Below the pieces are notes generated by a model. It saw nothing but the letters and a program-made list of their open reading frames with translations. It was not told the origin of the DNA and did not search any database. Below are positions 1-8,372 of a DNA stretch of 54,625 nt, piece after piece. Position numbers and translations under genes: made by a program. Every line of letters starts with the position of its first letter. The first letter of the stretch is position 1. The DNA is from Candidatus Flemingiibacterium sp. (GTDB taxonomy: Bacteria; Bacillota; Clostridia; Oscillospirales; CAG-272), in contig JAZNLM010000109.1 of the NCBI GenBank assembly GCA_045579105.1, forward strand, positions 1 to 54,625, in the 5' to 3' direction.

Positions 1-1446
1 ACTCGTCGGGTAAAAATACTTAAGATCCTCGGTCTTATCCGGCCAGCCGAGCGTCGAGAAAGGCCAGTGTGCGGACGAGAACCAGGTGTCGAGTACATCG
101 TCCTCCTGACGCATCTTCTTTCCGCACTTAGGGCATGTGTCAACGTCAGTCTTGGAAACAATCATTTCTCCGCACGCGTCGCAGTAGTACGCAGGAATAC
201 GGTGTCCCCACCAAAGTTGACGGGAAATACACCAGTCGTGTACATTTTCCATCCAATTGTTGTATATCTTTGTGAAGCGCTCGGGAACGAACTTAACGTC
301 ACCGTTTGCAGCAGCTGCAAGAGCTGGCTTTGCAAGAGGCTCCATCTTAACAAACCACTGATTGGAAGTAAGCGGCTCAACGGTAGTTCCGCAACGATAG
401 CAAGTACCAACGTTGTGCGTGTGAGGCTCAACCTTAACAAGATATCCGCCTGCTTCGAGGTCAGCTACGATAGCCTTTCTTGCCTCGTAACGGTCCATAC
501 CCTCGTATTTTCCGCCTGCCGCGTTAATAGTACCGTCACCGTTCATAACGAGTATCTGCTCAAGTCTATGGCGAAGGCCTACCTCGAAGTCGTTCGGATC
601 GTGTGCAGGAGTGATCTTAACACAGCCTGTACCAAATTCCTTATCGACATAGCTATCGGCAATAAGAGGAATAACGCGTCCAACAAGAGGTATTGTTATC
701 GTCTTACCAACAAGCGCGCTGTAACGCTCATCCTCGGGATTTACAGCAACTGCGGTATCGCCGAGAAGCGTTTCGGGACGAGTGGTTGCAATAATAACCT
801 CACCTGAACCGTCGGTAAACGGATAACGTATGTGCCAGAAGTTACCCGGCTGTTCAGCGTATTCAACTTCGGCATCCGAAAGTGCGGTCATACAGTGCGG
901 ACACCAGTTTATTATACGGTTGCCGCGGTATATAAGTCCCTTATCGTAAAGGTTTACGAATACTTCCTTAACCGCTCTCGAACAACCTTCGTCCATAGTA
1001 AAGCGCTCACGCGTCCAGTCGCAGGACGAGCCAAGCTTCTTAAGTTGATTGATAATACGGGAGCCGTACTGATGCTTCCAGTCCCAAACTCTCTCAAGGA
1101 ACTTCTCACGTCCGAGGTCATAGCGTGTAAGACCTTCGTTTACACGTAGCTGCTCTTCAACTTTAATCTGCGTCGCAATACCCGCATGGTCAGTGCCGGG
1201 AACCCACAAAGTGGAAAAGCCCTGCATACGCTTATAACGGATAAGGATATCCTGAAGCGTTTCATCGAGTGCGTGACCCATATGAAGCTGTCCTGTTACG
1301 TTTGGGGGCGGGATAACTATTGTAAATGGTTTCTTTTCGGGGTCGCGAGTGGGTGTGAAGTAGCCCTTGTCGCACCAATTCTTATAGATGCGATCCTCAA
1401 ACTCCTTCGGAGCGTAATTCTTTGGAAGATTGATTTCCGTGTTCAT
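1..1446 (-). CDS. valS: valyl-tRNA synthetase, N-terminal ~482 aa (3' end runs off the window start)
   Basis: It is absent from the ORF track because there is no in-window stop. Reverse translation from the ATG at 1446..1444 gives [81 protein letters not shown], open to nt 1. The HIGH-region context is typical of ValRS. The + strand ORFs 67..807, 832..1149 and 1186..1479 are its antisense shadows. Confidence 0.9.
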   Translation of the reverse strand, partial: MNTEINLPKNYAPKEFEDRIYKNWCDKGYFTPTRDPEKKPFTIVIPPPNVTGQLHMGHALDETLQDILIRYKRMQGFSTLWVPGTDHAGIATQIKVEEQLRVNEGLTRYDLGREKFLERVWDWKHQYGSRIINQLKKLGSSCDWTRERFTMDEGCSRAVKEVFVNLYDKGLIYRGNRIINWCPHCMTALSDAEVEYAEQPGNFWHIRYPFTDGSGEVIIATTRPETLLGDTAVAVNPEDERYSALVGKTITIPLVGRVIPLIADSYVDKEFGTGCVKITPAHDPNDFEVGLRHRLEQILVMNGDGTINAAGGKYEGMDRYEARKAIVADLEAGGYLVKVEPHTHNVGTCYRCGTTVEPLTSNQWFVKMEPLAKPALAAAANGDVKFVPERFTKIYNNWMENVHDWCISRQLWWGHRIPAYYCDACGEMIVSKTDVDTCPKCGKKMRQEDDVLDTWFSSAHWPFSTLGWPDKTEDLKYFYPTS

Positions 1447-1477
1447 TTCTTATGTCCTTTCTTTTTATGTCGGAACT

Positions 1478-1735
1478 AAAAAAGCCCCGACACATTATTG
1501 TGTCAGGGCGCTGTAGCGCGGTACCACCTGAAATTTCTAACTCAGCGAAGGGCTCATACCCTTCTGCTTCTGTAACGTGAAGCACACGGCGTCGGCTACT
1601 TGGCGATGAAATCACCGTTCGCGTGGCGGCTCGGGGACTACTTCAGTAACTTCGTGCGACCGTCTTGCACCAACCGACGGTTCTCTGAACGCACATGGGA
1701 AACTTACTCCTTCCCGTCATTGCCTTTACAATAGA
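1478..1735 (-). promoter_or_regulatory. T-box leader (tRNA-Val sensing) with intrinsic terminator
   Basis: The minus-strand leader contains the conserved T-box sequence AATTTCAGGTGGTACCGCGC (revcomp of ~1516-1536). This is followed by a terminator hairpin GCCCUGACACA/UGUGUCGGGGC plus a U-run (~1478-1510). The stem-I region has AGAGA and a candidate specifier GAA-GUU-A (GUU = Val, revcomp of ~1647-1653). Confidence 0.85.
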
Positions 1736-1736
1736 T

Positions 1737-1765
1737 AGTATATCACGCTTTCATATCTTTGTCAA
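1737..1765 (-). promoter_or_regulatory. sigma-A-type promoter of valS leader
   Basis: The minus strand reads TTGACA-17 nt-TATACT. Confidence 0.5.
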
Positions 1766-2365
1766 GAGGCAGAAATAAATTATATCACAATTTTCTATAT
1801 ACAGAATATGCAATTAAAATAGCAAAAAATGAGTTTAACGCATCTCAAAAAGCAATCCTAAATTTATGATTTTGAAATCGCACATCTTCATATATTAATA
1901 TGGAAGATTTTCTTTCATTTATTAAAAGAAATTATCCTGTTTTTATATATTAAACAAAATGAAAGAAGAAAATACAACAAATATGATGAAAAACAAGTCC
2001 TCTATAAAGAAACGCAAAAATGCCACGAAAATAAACTAAACTGCGGTGATACAGCGGAAATTTTGCTTTAGAATACATTTTAGCGCGTTCTGATTATATA
2101 TTATGCTGTAATTGGAAGCCGCAACAACCAATTATATTGTGCATAACGTAAAATACGTTAATGCTCGTGCACGTTTTGTGAATATACAAACGGTTACATT
2201 TATGCATGCATAATTATACGATATTTTTTGTATATTTTTTATATCTTCTTACTTTTTTGCCTTCTTCTGGAAATATTTTTTGTTTTTTCTTGTATAAAAC
2301 GCATATTTGTGTGCATAATCGGTTCAATCTTAATTAGGCAAACTGCCCATTTTCAATAAAACTAC

Positions 2366-2394
2366 TTGCAAAAAATTTTTTTCTGAGATATAAT
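2366..2394 (+). promoter_or_regulatory. sigma-A-type promoter of hydrolase leader
   Basis: The sequence is TTGCAA-17 nt-TATAAT. The predicted TSS (~2400) leaves a ~210-240 nt untranslated leader. Confidence 0.5.
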
Positions 2395-2399
2395 AGTGC

Positions 2400-2560
2400 T
2401 TGCCCTCGCTCTTCAGGGTTACGGTACCCTGCCCTATAGCGTACCGTAATAGCAGGCGATGTTCTCGCATATAATCGTTGTGTGAGCCCCATCGCCAGCT
2501 AACCGCTCCGCGGAAATTTGACCTTCGAAATTTCCGTGCCTACATAGCGGCATTACGAAA
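2400..2560 (+). promoter_or_regulatory. structured GC-rich 5' leader, candidate riboswitch (partial ydaO/c-di-AMP-like features, unverified)
   Basis: This is a GC-rich island in an AT-rich spacer. It has three stems: CAGGGT/ACCCTG, GGCGATG/CATCGCC and GGAAATTT/AAATTTCC. The 3' segment CATCGCCAGCTAACCGCTCCGCGG resembles the conserved ..CCGnCAGCUAACC..CG.. tail of ydaO-type RNAs. The 5' half does not fit that consensus well. Confidence 0.3.
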
Positions 2561-2610
2561 GGAAAATTTATGAAATTTATGAAATCAAATTCAGGCGCGT
2601 CAAATATACA

Positions 2611-3603
2611 GTGTGCGCCGAGGATGGGAGGTGTGTCATAGTGATCGGAGTATCAGACCAAAACAAACGTAAAGTTTCAGTAGCTATCACTCTAATATTT
2701 GCAATAATTTTTGGTTGCATAGCCGCTTGCATTATTGCTGCAGCGCCGCGTGAGGAAGCCGAACCGCTGATGACAGCCTTAATCGACTCTAAGCGTATAA
2801 GCGCTCCGACAGACATCCCGTCCACTTCCCTGCTAGATCCCGCGGTAACGCGTGAGTTAGAAACGGAAGCTGTTGCTCCGACAACGGTATTGACTCACAC
2901 CGACAATATCAAAGCCGATGCACCCGAGACTGCAGCCGTGTCGGAAACAACTGCTCCGGAAACAACCCCAACTACAACAATAGCAATACCCGAAATAACT
3001 ATCACTCCCGCAATCAATATTTCCCCCGCATCCGGTGCCATAGATGATCACGGCGATTACTATGTGGTTCCCGAAATCAAAACCGGATTTTTGGCGGACG
3101 AGCTTGGTGTTGAGTACACTATTATGCAGCCTAAAGTTTCAGTAACTGAAGAAGAGCTCATGTTCGCGGCAACCCTTATTCAGCTTGAGGTTATGGGCAG
3201 CGGCTCAAGCCTTTACAAATTCGAAGACGTTTCCCTTAAGTATTGGGAAATGTGTGCAGTTGCACAGTGCGTCCGAAACCGCGCGGAAAGCAAGCGATTC
3301 CCGTCCACTGTTTATGACGTAATGTTCCAATCTCACACAACTCCGAGCGGCAGAGTTATCTATCAGTTCAGCCCTGCAAAAACGCTTTCGCAGTATACAC
3401 CTACCGCAGAAGCAATCGAGGCAGCTCGTGAAGTACTTATCAACGGAGTTTCCGTTCTCCCCTCTAATTACTATTATTTCTGTGCAACACGTATAGTCGA
3501 ATCTTTCGAAAGAAACAACGCTTATATGATGGTTATGAAGGCCGATGGTACCCCTGATAAAATTCAAGGGCATCTCACAACCTTCTACGCAGGTCATCAG
3601 TAA
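2611..3603 (+). CDS. membrane-anchored cell wall hydrolase, SleB/CwlJ (Hydrolase_2) family
   Basis: The N-terminus has a TM helix (ITLIFAIIFGCIAACIIAAA), followed by a Thr/Pro/Glu-rich linker. The C-terminal motifs VAQCVRNRAESKRFPSTVYDV..QFSP are typical of SleB/CwlJ domains. The start is ambiguous: GTG at 2641 lies 10 nt after GGGAGG and is as plausible as GTG at 2611. Confidence 0.75.
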   Translation: MCAEDGRCVIVIGVSDQNKRKVSVAITLIFAIIFGCIAACIIAAAPREEAEPLMTALIDSKRISAPTDIPSTSLLDPAVTRELETEAVAPTTVLTHTDNIKADAPETAAVSETTAPETTPTTTIAIPEITITPAINISPASGAIDDHGDYYVVPEIKTGFLADELGVEYTIMQPKVSVTEEELMFAATLIQLEVMGSGSSLYKFEDVSLKYWEMCAVAQCVRNRAESKRFPSTVYDVMFQSHTTPSGRVIYQFSPAKTLSQYTPTAEAIEAAREVLINGVSVLPSNYYYFCATRIVESFERNNAYMMVMKADGTPDKIQGHLTTFYAGHQ

Positions 3604-3611
3604 AAACAAGA

Positions 3612-3646
3612 AAAGCCTCGGGCAAATGCTCGGGGCTTTAGTTTTA
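3612..3646 (+). terminator. intrinsic terminator
   Basis: The hairpin AAGCCTCGGGC-aaat-GCTCGGGGCTT (with G-U pairs) is followed by TTTAGTTTT. Confidence 0.6.
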
Positions 3647-3671
3647 ACTTTCCAAACTTAAATTTATAAAT

Positions 3672-3705
3672 AAAAAACAACGGGCAATTTTGCCCGTCAT
3701 TTTTA
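3672..3705. terminator. bidirectional intrinsic terminator
   Basis: The hairpin ACGGGCAA-tttt-GCCCGT is flanked by an A-run and a T-run and sits just 3' of the minus-strand transporter gene. Confidence 0.7.
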
Positions 3706-3707
3706 GT

Positions 3708-5069
3708 TTATTCTTTATCTTGATCCGCTTCTTCCATAGCTATTTCAAGCACAGTTATAGTGGCAGCCTCAATCTGATGATCAAGAATTTCGTTTACACT
3801 TATCTTAAGCCCCCACGCTTCAAGCTCTATGCGTTCTCCATCGTCGGGAATACTTCCAAGTTCAGCGAATACCATTCCACTGAAAGTGTCAAAATCAGCA
3901 ATAGGAAGTTCTACATTAAGTTTTTCAACGATATCGTCGAGCGGTATATTTCCACGAAGCGCCCAAGTATTTTCATCCATCTGCTCAAGAGATTCAACAG
4001 CTTTCTCGGACTCTTCCTCATCACCGCCAAGATCGCCTACAAGGCGACCTAAAAGATCATTTATTGTAACAATACCTCTCATTCCGCCGTACTCATCGAG
4101 CACTATAGCGAAGGTTTTTGCTCCGTTTCGCATATTTCGGAACAACACATCGGCTTTTACGCTTTCCGGAACAAAATACGGCGTCTTAACCGCTTTTTCC
4201 ATAACAGCCTCACGAGACTTATTTTCAAGCCTGAAATAGTCCTTGAGGTAAAGTACACCGACTACTTTATCCACCGTTTCTTCACACACAGGATAGAACA
4301 TATGACACTTTTCGTGAATTATATTGTTCCATTCCTCGTCTGATTCATCGGTCCAAAGCATCGTAACGTCCGTTCTGTGCGTCGCAATTTCGCCTGCTGT
4401 AAGGTCGTCGAATTCAAAGACGTTTTGTATGAATTCGCGCTCGGTGTCATCTATCTGACTGTTCTTAGCAGCAGAATCAACCATGTCACGGATATCTTCT
4501 TCACTCACGTCATTGTCGCGAGCGTTAGGGTCAATGCCCATAAGCCTTAACACACCGTTAGTTGAAACGGTAAGAAGCCAAACAAGCGGTCTGAACAAAA
4601 CACCTATTGTAGATATTAGAGCCGTCATTCTGAGGGCCAGCTTTTCTGAGTTCCTCATCGCCATGCGTTTTGGAACAAGTTCGCCGAAAACGAGAGTTAC
4701 GAACGAAAGAATGAGCGTGATGACGATAACTGCAATAGCATCAAGAGTTGCAACAGGGATTTTCACACCAAGTGAAATCAGCCAATTAACAACTTTTCCC
4801 GAAAAGTTTTCGGCCGCGAATGCAGAGCCTAAAAATCCGGCAAGAGTTATCGCTACTTGTATTGTTGCGAGAAAACTCGCAGGTTTTTTGGTTAATTTAA
4901 GTAATTTTTTGGCGCGTTTGTCGCCTTCTTCTGAAAGCTTTTCAAGCTTCCCTTCGCTCGTACTTATTACTGCAATTTCTGCGCACGCAAATATCGCGTT
5001 GAGTGCGATGAGTGCCGCCTGCAGCAGAAGCATGAGCCATATATTGCCTTCCAAAATCATTTCCTCCAT
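3708..5069 (-). CDS. CNNM/TlyC/CorC-family transporter (DUF21 + CBS pair + CorC_HlyC domain)
   Basis: This 453 aa protein has four N-terminal TM segments. It also has a CBS-pair region (..IMTHRTDV-like ATHRTDVTML..GIVTINDLL) and a C-terminal transporter-associated domain. Confidence 0.85.
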   Translation of the reverse strand: MEEMILEGNIWLMLLLQAALIALNAIFACAEIAVISTSEGKLEKLSEEGDKRAKKLLKLTKKPASFLATIQVAITLAGFLGSAFAAENFSGKVVNWLISLGVKIPVATLDAIAVIVITLILSFVTLVFGELVPKRMAMRNSEKLALRMTALISTIGVLFRPLVWLLTVSTNGVLRLMGIDPNARDNDVSEEDIRDMVDSAAKNSQIDDTEREFIQNVFEFDDLTAGEIATHRTDVTMLWTDESDEEWNNIIHEKCHMFYPVCEETVDKVVGVLYLKDYFRLENKSREAVMEKAVKTPYFVPESVKADVLFRNMRNGAKTFAIVLDEYGGMRGIVTINDLLGRLVGDLGGDEEESEKAVESLEQMDENTWALRGNIPLDDIVEKLNVELPIADFDTFSGMVFAELGSIPDDGERIELEAWGLKISVNEILDHQIEAATITVLEIAMEEADQDKE

Positions 5070-5074
5070 TTATA

Positions 5075-5245
5075 CTTTAAAGTTGCGTACGAGTGCCTGC
5101 GCTGCCATCATTCACGCAGAGGAAGGTTGCGCTCGAGCGTCACCCAGACGTAGATATCAAATGTGTGTACATTTTCAACCAACGCGCATAAAGGAGGGAT
5201 ACTATGGCCGCTGCCGTCCATTCTGGCTTTTCACCTGCTTTCATA
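5075..5245 (-). promoter_or_regulatory. candidate M-box (ykoK-type, Mg2+) riboswitch
   Basis: The minus-strand leader reads ..GCAGGTGAAAAGCC..ATGGACGGCAGCGGCC.....GGCACTCGTACGC. This parallels the M-box blocks UAGGUGAGGC, ACAGGCnGCnGCCC and ACUCnACGAG. It lies between a TTGACA-17-TATAAT promoter and a Mg-related CorC-family gene. Confidence 0.45.
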
Positions 5246-5259
5246 AATATATTAAAATT

Positions 5260-5288
5260 ATTATACTATAATAATACGATTTTGTCAA
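5260..5288 (-). promoter_or_regulatory. sigma-A-type promoter
   Basis: The minus strand reads TTGACA-17 nt-TATAAT, leaving a ~180 nt leader before the ATG at 5069. Confidence 0.5.
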
Positions 5289-5480
5289 GTATAACGGTCA
5301 AATCTCCGCGTATTACAACTTCCGCGTGCAACAATATGTCCGAGTCTGCCTCTTTATAATAATGATCCGTTTTAGGTATATTAACTTGACAAAAATTGGT
5401 GAATTAACTTAATTTAAGTCCTTACCTCGCAGTCACATAAAAATCAAACTACGCATATTGTTGTTTTAACAATTTCGCGC

Positions 5481-5509
5481 TTGATTTTATACGTGTGTTG
5501 CGGTATAAT
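5481..5509 (+). promoter_or_regulatory. sigma-A-type promoter
   Basis: The sequence TTGATT-17 nt-TATAAT lies ~35 nt upstream of the ATG at 5543 (RBS GAAAGGAAAC). Confidence 0.5.
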
Positions 5510-5542
5510 TTTATAGAAAATAACCAGTGAAAGGAAACAGAT

Positions 5543-6676
5543 ATGACAGACAAAGAAATTGCCGAACTGCGGCGCAGGCTCGCCCCCGAAAAACACAATA
5601 TAACAACCCTTTACGGGCGATACATAAATTCTAATAAGGAAACTATACACGAGTTTTCTTCCCCATTCTTTATGCTTCCAGAGGAAGAAAGCGAAAAATA
5701 TCTTTCGATATTCCGCCGCGTGCTGTCCGGCATCAACGGCAAAAATCTCGTTGACATTGCCTTTTCTATAGGACAAGTCGAAAGCGGCGAGGAGCACGCA
5801 CTGCTCTCTACTCTGCGACAGTCGCGACTTAAGGACGAAGCTGTTGTTAAAAATTTCTTTGACAAGGCTACCGAAGGACTTGCACTCGAAGGCAATAATT
5901 TAATTCTCCTTATGACCGACACCTACGACGTACCCACCAAGCATTTTGACGATGGCGCATCCGAGGAGTCAACTTCAATGTTCACCTATATAATGTGCGC
6001 TGTTTGTCCGGTTAAAGAAGCAAAAGCAACGCTCGCGTATGACACCACAAAGCAAGGTTTCCATACACGTTCCTGCGAATGGAACGTTGCCGCACCCGAG
6101 CTCGGCTTTCTCTTCCCTGCGTTTGACACGCGCAAGACCAACATTTACAACGCGCTCTACTATGTAAAGAATTCCGATGACAGCTCCGAGGAGTTTGCAA
6201 AAAATATTTTCGGCACAGAGCTTCCCCTTCCCGCAGGACAGCAGAAAAATATCTTTGAAACTATACTTTCCGACACGCTTGGCAAGGAATGTTCCTATGA
6301 TGTAGTTAAAGCAGTTCACGACGATATCGCGCTACGTATTGAGGAGCACAAAAATCTTCGTGTAGCTGAACAGCTCACAATAACACGTACAGAAATAGCG
6401 AGTGTACTTCAAAACTGCGACGTTCCCGAAGAAAAAATAGAACAGTTCAAGAAAAAATGCGACGAAGAATACGGTCCTACTGCCCCGATACACCCGAGAA
6501 ACATAGTCGAGCCTAAAAAGCTTGAGATTAAAACGCCTGACGTTGTGATTAAGGTAAATCCAGAGCGCGGTGATCTCGTTGAAACCCGCGTTATAGACGG
6601 TGTTAAATACGTGCTTGTTCGCGCCGATGCGGACGTCACCGTGAACGGCGTATATGTGGATATAAAGGAAATATAA
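5543..6676 (+). CDS. uncharacterised acidic cytoplasmic protein, probably DUF4317 family
   Basis: This 377 aa protein has no TM or signal sequence. The motifs FTYIMCAVCPVK and GFLFPAFDTRKTNIYNALYY match my recollection of DUF4317. I could not verify that assignment. Confidence 0.55.
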   Translation: MTDKEIAELRRRLAPEKHNITTLYGRYINSNKETIHEFSSPFFMLPEEESEKYLSIFRRVLSGINGKNLVDIAFSIGQVESGEEHALLSTLRQSRLKDEAVVKNFFDKATEGLALEGNNLILLMTDTYDVPTKHFDDGASEESTSMFTYIMCAVCPVKEAKATLAYDTTKQGFHTRSCEWNVAAPELGFLFPAFDTRKTNIYNALYYVKNSDDSSEEFAKNIFGTELPLPAGQQKNIFETILSDTLGKECSYDVVKAVHDDIALRIEEHKNLRVAEQLTITRTEIASVLQNCDVPEEKIEQFKKKCDEEYGPTAPIHPRNIVEPKKLEIKTPDVVIKVNPERGDLVETRVIDGVKYVLVRADADVTVNGVYVDIKEI

Positions 6677-6680
6677 CATC

Positions 6681-6714
6681 AAAAGCCGCTATCCGTTTGG
6701 ATAGCGGCTTTTTC
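6681..6714. terminator. bidirectional intrinsic terminator
   Basis: The hairpin AAGCCGCTATCC-gttt-GGATAGCGGCTT is flanked by A and T runs and lies between convergent genes. Confidence 0.75.
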
Positions 6715-7377
6715 TTACTTAAATGCAGGCGCGCGAGTATCGGCATCCGCAAAAGCATTGGGACCGGGATTTGAGAGCGAGAAATACATTTTCGCCGCCT
6801 TTGTCGTACCGAAATCGCGGTTGGAGCCGGTTTCCTGAACCTTGTTGAAGGCATCGCGGAACATCTGATTGTGCGCTTCTTCGCGGTTGAGAAGGAAATC
6901 TATAGTCTTGCGCACCTTCTTATCGTCAATCTGTCTGTAAAGGTATTCGTAAACTACCTTCGCGCGCTGTTCAGATGCGATATTAGAAAGAAGATCGGCG
7001 CAAAGATCACCGGTAACGGTAACATAATCGCCCGTCCAAGAGTATCCGGACGCATTGATAAGTCCCGGATTTAATCCAAGCAGAACGTGTGTCTGAACCT
7101 CACCGGCCTGTACACTTGCGGCATCAACGTCGTGTCCATTGAGAAGATTGATGGTCTGCGCTACCATTTCCATATGGCTAAGCTCTTCTGCAGCGATATC
7201 AAGAAAAAGATCTTTTATCTCGGGATCCTTTATGCGAAAGCTCTGCGACATATACTGCAAAGCTGCCTTAAGTTCGCCGTTTCCACCACCAAGCTGCTCC
7301 TGTAAAAGCACCGCATACTGCGGATTGGGCTTTTCAATCTCAACCGGTTCAAATAACATTTTTTCGTGTTTAAACAT
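6715..7377 (-). CDS. manganese catalase family protein (CotJC-like)
   Basis: The N-terminal sequence MFKHEKMLFEPV..GGGNGELKAALQYMSQSF..IAAEELSHMEMVAQ is the di-Mn catalase/CotJC ferritin-like signature. The protein is 220 aa. Confidence 0.85.
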   Translation of the reverse strand: MFKHEKMLFEPVEIEKPNPQYAVLLQEQLGGGNGELKAALQYMSQSFRIKDPEIKDLFLDIAAEELSHMEMVAQTINLLNGHDVDAASVQAGEVQTHVLLGLNPGLINASGYSWTGDYVTVTGDLCADLLSNIASEQRAKVVYEYLYRQIDDKKVRKTIDFLLNREEAHNQMFRDAFNKVQETGSNRDFGTTKAAKMYFSLSNPGPNAFADADTRAPAFK

Positions 7378-7488
7378 ATTTTCTACCTCTCCTACTTATT
7401 TTTGATACAAAGGTATCTTTCCCACATTCATAGAAAATATGCCATGAACAAAAGATTTTAATTTACCAAAACAATACAAAATTATGAC

Positions 7489-7520
7489 TGCATAACGGCT
7501 TTACAATAACGGCAATACTA
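7489..7520 (+). promoter_or_regulatory. candidate forespore-type (sigma-F/sigma-G) promoter
   Basis: TGCATA-16 nt-GGCAATACTA resembles the sigF (GCATR-N15-GGnnAnAnTn) and sigG (GnATR-N18-CATnnTA) consensus sequences. It lies ~40 nt upstream of sigG. Confidence 0.4.
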
Positions 7521-7558
7521 CCTATGCAATCTTGTAAATGGGAAGGCAGCCACAAGTT

Positions 7559-8344
7559 ATGAAGTCATCAACCTACAGCCGCAAGGTGGAAATTTGCGGC
7601 GTTAACACATCAAGCTTAAAAACGCTCACAGCAGAGCAAAAACACGACCTTTTAGTTCGCGCAAAAAGCGGTGACACATTTGCGCGTGACGAGCTTATAA
7701 ACGGAAATCTGCGCCTTGTTCTTTCAATAATACAGCGATTTACGGGACGTGGCGAAAATCTTGACGACCTTTTTCAGGTCGGCTGTATAGGGCTAATAAA
7801 GGCAGTAGACAATTTCGATGTCACACTTGATGTAAAATTTTCCACATACGCAGTTCCTATGATCATCGGCGAGATACGGCGCTATCTTCGGGACAACAAT
7901 GCGGTTCGCGTGAGCCGATCCGTGCGCGATCTTGCATATCGTGCGCTCGGTGCTCGTGAGCGGCTTGTACGCACGCTAGACCGCGAGCCGACTCTTGAGG
8001 ATATTGCAAAGGCGCTGGGACTTCCTAAAGAAGAAGTGGGCGCGGCACTTGAAGCTATAGTTGAGCCGGTGAGTCTTTTTGAGCCGATATTCACTGACGG
8101 CGGCGACTCGATCTATATTATGGATCAAATTAGTGACACAGATAACACCGACGAAGCGTGGCTTGAGGATATTGCTCTGCGCGAGGCTATGAAAAAGCTA
8201 TCGCCACGTGAGAAAAACATCATTGATATGCGCTATTTCAAAGGCCGCACGCAAATGGAGATAGCAAGCGAGATCGGCATTTCGCAGGCGCAGGTATCGC
8301 GCATAGAAAAAGCGGCACTTGAGCGAATAAAAAAGGATATGTAA
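7559..8344 (+). CDS. sigG: RNA polymerase sporulation sigma factor SigG
   Basis: The sequence KVEICGVNTSSL..NGNLRLVLSIIQRF..DDLFQVGCIGLIKAVDNFD..KFSTYAVPMIIGEIRRYLRDNN..VSLFEPI..GISQAQVSRIEK is near-collinear with B. subtilis SigG. I prefer the ATG at 7559 over the track start at 7538. Confidence 0.9.
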   Translation: MKSSTYSRKVEICGVNTSSLKTLTAEQKHDLLVRAKSGDTFARDELINGNLRLVLSIIQRFTGRGENLDDLFQVGCIGLIKAVDNFDVTLDVKFSTYAVPMIIGEIRRYLRDNNAVRVSRSVRDLAYRALGARERLVRTLDREPTLEDIAKALGLPKEEVGAALEAIVEPVSLFEPIFTDGGDSIYIMDQISDTDNTDEAWLEDIALREAMKKLSPREKNIIDMRYFKGRTQMEIASEIGISQAQVSRIEKAALERIKKDM

Positions 8345-8371
8345 AAAAGGACGGCGATGCCGTCCTTTTTC
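8344..8371. terminator. bidirectional intrinsic terminator
   Basis: The hairpin AAGGACGGC-gat-GCCGTCCTT is flanked by A and T runs between convergent sigG and pyk. Confidence 0.75.
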
Positions 8372-8372
8372 C

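Noticed and set aside
1959-2039. 26-codon Lys-rich ORF (MKEENTTNMMKNKSSIKKRKNATKIN) in the AT-rich spacer
   Set aside because: It has no RBS, and its composition simply mirrors the A-rich DNA. It cannot be distinguished from chance without expression or conservation data.
2455-2545. Fluoride (crcB-motif) riboswitch resemblance: GGCGATG..CATCGCC, AACCGC, ..CCTAC
   Set aside because: The GGCGATG/CATCGCC stem would enclose a 29-nt loop instead of the tight P1 hairpin. The GCUGAUGA block is missing. The downstream gene (a cell-wall hydrolase) does not fit the fluoride regulon.
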